The translations under genes were made by a program, and so were the position numbers. A DNA stretch of 63,042 nucleotides, counting the filler, from Actinomycetota bacterium (GTDB lineage Bacteria > Actinomycetota > CADDZG01 > JAHWKV01 > JAOPZY01), in the NCBI GenBank assembly GCA_025963875.1. It is 4 parts of 4 records of this genome, joined end to end, with 100 filler letters (N's around TTAATTAATTAA, not from the genome) between each part and the next. Parts side by side here need not be neighbours in the genome. Positions count along the whole stretch, not along the records: positions 39,190 to 58,085 come from JAOPZY010000019.1; positions 58,186 to 63,042 come from JAOPZY010000101.1; 2 more parts are not named here. One strand, 5' to 3'. Below are positions 56,173-63,042 of this stretch, in pieces. The notes under the pieces are model-generated. The model was not told the DNA's origin and searched no databases. It saw nothing but the letters and a program-made list of their open reading frames with translations. Each line of letters begins with the position of its first letter. Position 1 is the first letter of the stretch.

Positions 56173-58085
56173 GTGCAGTCCCGGTACGAACAGTGGGACG
56201 GCAGCCAGGACCCGTTCGGGCCCGACCTGGACATCGGCGACATCCTCGATGAGATCTCGGACGACATCCTCTCGGGCTACGGCGCCCAGTCGGCGATGCG
56301 CCGGCTCATGCGCCGGGGCATGCCCGGCCGGCTCGGGGGCCTCGACGACCTGCGGCGGCGCCTGGACGCGAGGCGGCGGCGGGCAAACCGTGAGCTCAAC
56401 CTCGACGGGGCGATGGCGGAGGTCAAGGAACGGCTGGACGAGATCGTCGCCCAGGAGCGGGACTGGCTGGCCTCGCGCACCGGAGACGACGCCCGCGCAC
56501 AGGACGCTCGGATACGGGAGAACTTCCTCGACACCCTGCCGGACAGCCCTGCGGGGGCGCTGAAGGAGCTGATGGACTACCAGTTCACCAATCCCGAGGC
56601 GCAGCAGGCGTTCAACGAGCTGGTGGCGGAACTGCAGAAGGAGATCCTCGACGCCCATTTCCGCAACCTCACGGGCGGCATGGGGCAGGTGACACCCGAG
56701 GACGTCGCCCGGGTGCGGGAGATGCTCGCCGAGCTCAACGCCATGATCGCCGCCCGGGAACGGGGGGAGGAGTACGACTTCCCGGGGTTCATGGACCGCT
56801 ACGGCGACATGTTCCCCGAGCACCCCCGGACCCTGGACGAGCTGCTGGAGGTGCTGGCGAAGCGGATGGCGGCGATGAGCCGGCTGCTCGCCAGCCTCTC
56901 GCCGGAGCAGCGCCGTCAGCTCCAGGAGATGGCCCAGGCCCTCCTCTCCGACATGGACCTGGCGTTCCAGATGGACCAGCTCGCCGGCGAGCTCCGAGCC
57001 CTCGCCCCGCACCTGCCGTGGGACCTGCCCATGGGCGAGGGCGGAGAGGGCAGCGGGATGATGGGCGACCAGCCGATGCCCCTGTCGGCGGCGGTGGGGG
57101 CGGTCGAGGCCCTCAGCGACCTCGACGAGCTGGACCAGGCGATGGCCGGCGACTACCCGGGCGCCAGCCTGGACGACGTCGACGAGGAGAAGCTCCGCCG
57201 TGCCCTCGGCGACGATGCGGTGTCCGATCTCCGCCGGCTGCGCCAGATCGAGAAGGTGCTGGAGGAGTCCGGCGTCGTCACTCGCCAGAAGGGCAAGCTC
57301 GAGGTGTCGCCGCGCGGCGCCCGGCGCCTTGGCGAGCGAGCCCTGGTGGCGGTGTTCGAGCAGCTGCACACGGAGAAGGCCGGCGTCCACGAGACCCGGG
57401 AGGCCGGCGGCGCCGCCGAGCCCACGGGGGCCACCCGGCCGTGGCGGTTCGGCGACACCGGCGAGATCGCGGTGCAGCGCAGCATCTTCAACGCCGTGCT
57501 CCGGACGACCGCCTCCGGGGGTGGCACCCGCTCGCGCGTCCAGCTCCGCCCCGATGACTTCGAGCTGGTGGAGGCCGAGACCCGGACCCGCACGGCGACC
57601 GCCCTGCTGCTGGACCTCTCGTTCTCGATGCCGCTGCGCGGCCACTGGCTGCCGGCCAAGCGGATGGCCCTCGCCCTGCACGCCCTGATCGAGGGCAAGT
57701 ACCCGCAGGACAAGCTGTACCTCATCGGGTTCTCGGACTATGCCCGGCGCCTCCAGCCCACCGACCTCACCGCTCGGGCGCCGCTCGAGCGGGTCTACGG
57801 CACCAACATGCAGCACGCCTTCCTGCTCGCCCGCCGCCTGCTCGCCGAGGAGCCCCGGGCCTCCAAACAGGTGATCATGGTGACCGACGGCGAACCCACC
57901 GCCCACCTCATGGACATCGGCCCGGAGCGCGCCCCCGAGGCGTTCTTCTCCTGGCCCCCGACGTCGGAGACCATCCACAAGACCCTCGCCGAGGCGATGC
58001 ACCTGGCGGCGTCGGGCGTCACCCTCAACGTCTTCATGCTGGAGGACTCGCCCGGCCTCGTCGCCTTCATGGAGAAGCTCGGCCG
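56173..58085 (+). CDS. vWA-domain protein (Rv0959-like), 3'-truncated by contig end
   Basis: Y..WDGSQDP start; MIDAS DLSFS, GTN, VTDGEPT. Confidence 0.9.
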
Positions 58086-58185
58086 NNNNNNNNNNNNNNN
58101 NNNNNNNNNNNNNNNNNNNNNNNNNNNNNTTAATTAATTAANNNNNNNNNNNNNNNNNNNNNNNNNNNNNNNNNNNNNNNNNNNN
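58086..58185. other. artificial contig linker
   Basis: N44-TTAATTAATTAA-N44. Confidence 0.98.
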
Positions 58186-58204
58186 GTTGTTGCAGGATGG
58201 GGCG

Positions 58205-59098
58205 ATGCGCATCGTCTCGCTCCTGCCGTCGGCCACCGAGATCGCCTACGCCCTCGGCCTCGGCGACGATGTCGTGGGCGTGACGCACGAATGCGACTGG
58301 CCCCCCGAGGCCGCCGCTGCTCGGGTCGTCTCGACATCGACGCTACCTCCAGCGCCCACGCCCGCCGAGGTGGACCGGCTCGTCTCGGCCAGCATCCGCG
58401 GTGGCGAGCCGATCTACCGCCTCGACCATTCGGCCATCCGGGAGCTTCAGCCGGACCTGGTCCTCACCCAGGACCTCTGCGCCGTGTGCGCCGTCCCGGC
58501 CGGCCACGTCACGCAAGCCCTCTCGCTGCTCGGCTCCCCGGCCGAGGTCGTCTCGCTCGACCCCGGCTCGCTCGGCGAGGTGCTCGATTGCCTGGTGCAG
58601 GTGGGCCGGGTCACAGGTACCCTCCCCCGGGCCCAGGCGGTGGTGGACGGGCTGAACGCACGGCTGGCGGCGGTGGTCTCCGCGGTGGCCGGATTGCCCA
58701 GACCCCGCACCTTCGGCCTGGAATGGAGCGACCCGCCCTTCAATGCCGGGCACTGGGTGCCGGAGATGATCGAGCTGGCGGGTGGCGAGAGCGTCCTGAG
58801 CTCGCCCGGGATCCCGTCGGTACGGGTGACGTGGGAGCAGATCGCCGAGGCCGACCCCGAGGTCGTCGTCTTCATGCCGTGCGGCTACGGCCTCGAGGAC
58901 GCAGCCCGGGAAGCCGAGGGTCTCCTGGCCCGGCCCGAGCTGGCCCGCGTGACGTCGTTGTTCGCGGTCGATGCCAGCGCGCACTTCTCCCGGCCCGGCC
59001 CCCGCCTTGTGGACGGCGTCGAGATCCTGGCAGCTGCGCTGCATCCCGAGGTCTTTCACACGGAGGGTCGGCACCTTATCCGTGTCCAGCGCGCATAA
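58205..59098 (+). CDS. BtuF-like cobalamin/Fe-siderophore-binding family protein
   Basis: RIVSLLPSATEI..VVGVTHECD.P, TQDLC.VCA, EW.DPP, FSRPGPRLVDG. Confidence 0.88.
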   Translation: MRIVSLLPSATEIAYALGLGDDVVGVTHECDWPPEAAAARVVSTSTLPPAPTPAEVDRLVSASIRGGEPIYRLDHSAIRELQPDLVLTQDLCAVCAVPAGHVTQALSLLGSPAEVVSLDPGSLGEVLDCLVQVGRVTGTLPRAQAVVDGLNARLAAVVSAVAGLPRPRTFGLEWSDPPFNAGHWVPEMIELAGGESVLSSPGIPSVRVTWEQIAEADPEVVVFMPCGYGLEDAAREAEGLLARPELARVTSLFAVDASAHFSRPGPRLVDGVEILAAALHPEVFHTEGRHLIRVQRA

Positions 59099-59188
59099 CT
59101 GACCGAACCTCTACGCCAGCACCCTCGTTCCGACGCGCGTGTCCGATTTCCACTAGCACGAGCGGCACGCACCAGCCAGGATGGGGAC

Positions 59189-60676
59189 ATGGGACTCCGC
59201 GACCTCAACTTCGATCAGTGCTACTCGGCGGTGGCGAGCCGGGACTCCCGATTCGACGGACTGTTCATCGTCGGGGTCCGGACCACCGGGATCTACTGCC
59301 GGCCGAGCTGCCCGACGCCGATTACGCCCAAGCGGGAGAACGTGCAGTTCTACGTCTGCGCCGCCGCAGCGCAGCTCGCCGGCTTCCGGGCCTGCAAGCG
59401 CTGCCGCCCCGACGCGATCCCCGGCTCCCCGGAGTGGGACTCCCGGGCGGACCTGGTTGGGCGGGCGATGCGGCTCATCGCCGACGGGGTCGTCGACCGG
59501 GACGGAGTGACGGGGCTCGCCCGGCGGCTGGCCATCAGCGAGCGGCATCTGCACCGGATCCTCGTCGAGGCCGTCGGGGCACCGCCGCTCGCCCTGGCAC
59601 GGGCCCAGCGGGCGCAGACGGCCCGGGTGCTCGTCGAGACGACGGAGCTTGCCTTCGGCGAGATCGCGTTCGCTGCCGGCTTCCCGAGCATCCGCCAGTT
59701 CAACGAGACCATCCGGGAGGTGTTCGCTGCCTCGCCCTCCGAGCTGCGGGGGGCGAAACGGCGCGGCGAGCGGGGCGAGGCGGGCAGCCTGACCGTCCGG
59801 CTGCCGCTCCGCACGCCCTACGACGCCGATGCGGTCCTGGGCTGGCTCGCTCACCGGGCGGTGGCCGGCATCGAGGAGTCGGACCGTGGCTGGTACCGCC
59901 GGACGCTGACGCTGCCGGGCGGCACCGGCACGGTGACGCTGGAGCCGAGTACGTCGAGCGGGGCGCCAAGGGCCAGACGTGACGTGGACCACGTGCTCGC
60001 CACGTTCCGCCTGGCGACGATCGCCGACCTGCCGGCGGCGGTCGCCCGCAGCAGGAGGCTGCTCGACCTCGATGCCGACCCCGAGGCCTTCGGTTCGGTC
60101 CTCCGAGCCGACGAGGTCATGGGACGGCTGGTCCGCTCCCACCCCGGCCTGCGGGCACCCGGAGCGGTCGACGGCGCCGAGTGGGCGGTCCGGGTGGTCC
60201 TGGGCCAGCACATCTCGGTGCGGGCGGCACGGACCGTGACCGGTCGCCTCGTGGCCGTCTACGGCAAGCCCCTCGACCGTCCGGACGGGGCGCTCACCCA
60301 CGCCTTCCCGCCTCCGGAGACGCTCGCCGAGGCGGATCTCGAATCTCTCGGGCTCACGAAGGCACGGGCCGCCGCCGTGAGGGAGCTCGCACGCCAGATC
60401 TCGGGCGGGGACCTTGTGCTCGACGTCGGGGCCGACCGCAGCGCGGCCGAGGGGCGCCTGCTGGCGATCCCGGGTGTCGGCCCCTGGACGGTGGCACACG
60501 TCGCCCTGCGCTCGCTGGGCGATCCCGACGCCTTCCCGGCCGGCGACCTCGGGCTGCAGCTCGCCGCCACCCGGCTCGGCCTGGCGGACCATGCGGTGGC
60601 ACTGACGCACCGCGCCAACCGGTGGCGCCCCTGGCGGGGCTACGCCGCCCACTACCTCTGGGAGGTGACCTCATGA
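59189..60676 (+). CDS. alkA: Ada-AlkA fusion: Ada Zn-binding domain, AraC HTH, 3-methyladenine glycosylase II
   Basis: TTGIYCRPSC, GFRACKRCRP, AraC HTH, LGQ.IS, IPGVGPWT, D.FP.GD, WRPWRGYA. Confidence 0.95.
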   Translation: MGLRDLNFDQCYSAVASRDSRFDGLFIVGVRTTGIYCRPSCPTPITPKRENVQFYVCAAAAQLAGFRACKRCRPDAIPGSPEWDSRADLVGRAMRLIADGVVDRDGVTGLARRLAISERHLHRILVEAVGAPPLALARAQRAQTARVLVETTELAFGEIAFAAGFPSIRQFNETIREVFAASPSELRGAKRRGERGEAGSLTVRLPLRTPYDADAVLGWLAHRAVAGIEESDRGWYRRTLTLPGGTGTVTLEPSTSSGAPRARRDVDHVLATFRLATIADLPAAVARSRRLLDLDADPEAFGSVLRADEVMGRLVRSHPGLRAPGAVDGAEWAVRVVLGQHISVRAARTVTGRLVAVYGKPLDRPDGALTHAFPPPETLAEADLESLGLTKARAAAVRELARQISGGDLVLDVGADRSAAEGRLLAIPGVGPWTVAHVALRSLGDPDAFPAGDLGLQLAATRLGLADHAVALTHRANRWRPWRGYAAHYLWEVTS

Positions 60677-61149
60677 AGTACGCACAGGTCGACACACTGA
60701 TCGGCACGCTCACCGTGGTGACAGCCGAGACGGGGATCCGGCGGATCCTCTGGGACGGAGAGCCCCCGCCCGAGGGCGCCGTGGAAGGGGCCAGCGACAT
60801 CCTCGACGCCGCCGTCACCCAGATCCAGGAGTACTTCGCCGGGGCACGCACGACGTTTGACCTGCCGCTCGACCTCGGGGGCACCCCCTTCCAGCAGAAG
60901 GTCTGGCTGGAGCTGGGCTCGATCCCCTTCGGGACCACGATCAGCTACGGCGAGCAGGCGCGGCGAGTCGGCCGGCCGCAGGCGGCGCGGGCGGTGGGGG
61001 CGGCGAACGGGCGCAACCCCGTGCCAATCGTGCTCCCGTGCCACCGGGTCATCGGCTCCGGCGGGGCGCTGACGGGGTTCGGGGGCGGGCTCGACACCAA
61101 GCGGACCCTCCTGCGCCACGAGGCGGAGGTGCTGGGTGCGCGCGGGTGA
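60673..61149 (+). CDS. ogt: methylated-DNA--protein-cysteine methyltransferase
   Basis: GTPFQ..VW, SYG..A, RAVG.ANG.NP, PCHRV. Confidence 0.96.
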   Translation: MKYAQVDTLIGTLTVVTAETGIRRILWDGEPPPEGAVEGASDILDAAVTQIQEYFAGARTTFDLPLDLGGTPFQQKVWLELGSIPFGTTISYGEQARRVGRPQAARAVGAANGRNPVPIVLPCHRVIGSGGALTGFGGGLDTKRTLLRHEAEVLGARG

Positions 61150-61275
61150 GGCGGCAAGTGCCGCATAGGAGTTCCTTACCTTTCCGACAGGATTGACAAG
61201 CCAAACCTTGTCGGTTACACATGGTTCCATGCTCCAAATTGACCCAATGGCGGGACTCTCTGCGAAGGATGGCCA

Positions 61276-62433
61276 GTGAGCAAGGAACGCCGCCCGGCGA
61301 GCTCCTTCGGAGCGCCCGAGGCAAGCCCCGCCGAGGAGCCGGGGGAGTCTGGGTTACCCCTGGGACCGCCGGCGACCAATGGAGCACTCCTTGCCGCACC
61401 GGCAACGCCGGCGAAGAAGGCCAAGCTGGCGCTGCTGGCGCTGGCGCGGAGGATCTTCCCCGCCCCCGGAGACGCCGAACTGAGAGCCTCGGCGCTCGAA
61501 GTGGCCCGGGCTGCCCAAGCGGGCGTCCCCGCCTCCGCCGGCGACCCTCCGGCGCCCGAGCCTACAGCGCCCGAACCGCCCTCCGAGGATCCGCCGCCGC
61601 CAGGCGCCGGCGGGCGGTCATCCCCCACCATCACCTCCGACTGGGCGCCGCCCGACGGTTCGACGGCGCCCGGGGAACCTGCGCCGTTCGTCGCGGCCCT
61701 GATGGACGGCGAGGTGGCAGCCGAAGTCGTCGACGCGGTCAAGATCTACGGGTACGGCGAGACCGCGGTCTACGCCCTCGCCGGCGTCTCGGTCTCGTTC
61801 GGCAAGGCCCACTTCACGGCCATCATGGGGCCGTCGGGCTCGGGGAAGTCGACATTGATGCACTGCCTGGCAGGCCTGGACCGGCTCACGCAGGGCACGG
61901 TCCTGATCGGGGACACCGACCTCAGCACCCTGAGCGACAAGTCCCTCACCCAGTTGCGGCGGGACCGTGTCGGGTTCATCTTCCAGCAGTACAACCTCGT
62001 GCCGACGCTCACCGCCATCGAGAACATCACGCTGCCGCTCGACCTCGCCGGGACCCGCCCGGACGCCGAGTGGCTCGACAGCGTGATCGACACCCTCCGC
62101 ATCCGGGACCGGCTCAAGCACAAGCCCGACGAGCTGTCGGGTGGCCAGCAGCAGCGGGTGGCGGTGGCCAGGGCACTCGCGACCCGGCCGCAGATCATCT
62201 TCGCCGACGAGCCCACCGGCAACCTCGACACGAGGGCGGGGGCCGAGGTGCTGCACATCATGCAGGACTCGGTGCGGGAACTGGGCCAGACGGTGGTCAT
62301 GGTCACCCACGACCCCGTCGCCGCCGGCTACGCCGACCGGGCGATCTTCCTCATGGACGGACGGGTGGTCAGCGAGATGTACGAGCCCACGGCGGAGCTG
62401 GTCCTCGACGAGATGAAGACCCTCGGGGGCTAG
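61276..62433 (+). CDS. ABC transporter ATP-binding protein (LolD/MacB type) with Pro/Ala-rich N-terminal extension
   Basis: GPSGSGKST, LSGGQQQRV, FADEPTGNLD, VTHD; true start uncertain. Confidence 0.93.
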   Translation: MSKERRPASSFGAPEASPAEEPGESGLPLGPPATNGALLAAPATPAKKAKLALLALARRIFPAPGDAELRASALEVARAAQAGVPASAGDPPAPEPTAPEPPSEDPPPPGAGGRSSPTITSDWAPPDGSTAPGEPAPFVAALMDGEVAAEVVDAVKIYGYGETAVYALAGVSVSFGKAHFTAIMGPSGSGKSTLMHCLAGLDRLTQGTVLIGDTDLSTLSDKSLTQLRRDRVGFIFQQYNLVPTLTAIENITLPLDLAGTRPDAEWLDSVIDTLRIRDRLKHKPDELSGGQQQRVAVARALATRPQIIFADEPTGNLDTRAGAEVLHIMQDSVRELGQTVVMVTHDPVAAGYADRAIFLMDGRVVSEMYEPTAELVLDEMKTLGG

Positions 62434-62440
62434 CCGGCGC

Positions 62441-63042
62441 GTGCTGAATGCAACCCTCAAGAGCCTCCTGGCCCACAAGCTGCGCCTCGCACTCACCGCG
62501 CTGGCGGTGGTGCTCGGCGTCATGTTCATGGCCGGCACCTTCGTCCTCACCGACACCATCAAGCACAGCATCAACGGCCTGATCAACCAGGGGACGGCGG
62601 GCAAAAGCGTCATCGTACGGGGCATCGCGCCCTTCTCGGCCGGCGGCCTGCGCAGCAGTCAGGACAGCCTGAGCGGCAACAACCGGCCCCTCGTCCCGCA
62701 GTCGCTCCTTGCGACGGTGAAGGGGGTGCCAGGGGTGGCCATCGCCGACGGTCAGGTGCAGGGGACCGTCAGCATCGTCGACGCCAAGGGAAAGGCGCTC
62801 GGCCCGCAGGGGGGTGCTCCCACCATTGCTCTCAACTGGCTGCCGGACCGGACGCTGTCGCTGCTGGCCCTCCGCAGCGGTCGCGAGCCTCGCAAGGCGG
62901 GCGAGGCGGCCCTCGACACCAAGACAGCTACCTCGAAGAAGGTGAAGCTCGGCGACACGATCACCGTCACCGGCAACCCGGGTCCCCAGCCCTACACCGT
63001 GGTCGGCACCATCGGCTTCGGCACCCAGGACACCATCGCCGG
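62441..63042 (+). CDS. FtsX/MacB-like ABC permease, 5' part (runs off the window)
   Basis: LKSLLAHKLRLALTALAVVLGVMFMAGTFVLTDT; GREP..GE..LD motif; open to the window end, so absent from the ORF track. Confidence 0.9.
   Translation, partial: MLNATLKSLLAHKLRLALTALAVVLGVMFMAGTFVLTDTIKHSINGLINQGTAGKSVIVRGIAPFSAGGLRSSQDSLSGNNRPLVPQSLLATVKGVPGVAIADGQVQGTVSIVDAKGKALGPQGGAPTIALNWLPDRTLSLLALRSGREPRKAGEAALDTKTATSKKVKLGDTITVTGNPGPQPYTVVGTIGFGTQDTIA

Noticed and set aside
54274..58002. 1242-aa minus-strand ORF, and similar long ORFs such as 34367-37753, 16911-18695 and 29368-31176
   Set aside because: Antisense shadows of high-GC3 genes; no motifs, and they fully overlap well-supported CDSs
15224..58185. 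Three identical TTAATTAATTAA motifs flanked by N runs, and apparent gene neighbourhoods across them
   Set aside because: Artificial contig-joining linkers, not biology; for example the vWA gene and the BtuF-like gene are not true neighbours

Overview
A high-GC (roughly 70% by eye) actinobacterial draft genome, probably a MAG; GYWLxASDGGIF surface repeats, bldC, bpa and hemQ point to Actinomycetota, plausibly an Acidimicrobiia-like deep lineage. The window is four contigs joined by artificial N44-TTAATTAATTAA-N44 linkers (15224-15323, 39090-39189, 58086-58185), so adjacency across linkers means nothing. Contig 1 (1-15223) is accessory. It has a double beta-propeller surface protein, a TetR with two operators and a divergent small protein, a DMT transporter divergent from a P-type ATPase fused to a degenerate PAP2 domain, a hairpin-dense ~450-nt intergenic region, and an indel-rich end with a frameshifted eCIS-cargo-like protein. 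Contig 2 (15324-39089) is core. It has a TnpB 5' fragment with an SOS-box-like site, rph-rdgB-mscL-mutY, tldD/pmbA, hemA-C-D-B-L-Q, gatCAB, bldC, class V aminotransferase-serA, ilvE, an FAH-family gene, gltX, tRNA-Gln and tRNA-Glu. Contig 3 (39190-58085) looks like a general-stress island with SigB/SigF-type promoters. It has an apolipoprotein/LEA-like repeat protein, a DUF3147 pair, a 9-gene carbamoyltransferase + NDP-heptose + glycosyltransferase operon, a MEDS/anti-sigma protein, topoisomerase IB, and a bpa-AAA-vWA operon. Contig 4 has a BtuF-like protein, ada/alkA-ogt and an ABC exporter. Best leads: the carbamoylated heptose-glycan stress operon in an LPS-less bacterium, the proteasome activator coupled to an AAA+/vWA pair, a palindromic repeat inserted inside coding sequences on two contigs, the pseudo-PAP2/P-type ATPase fusion, and the candidate structured RNA at 11550-11950. 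All family calls come from motif recognition by eye; no searches were run.
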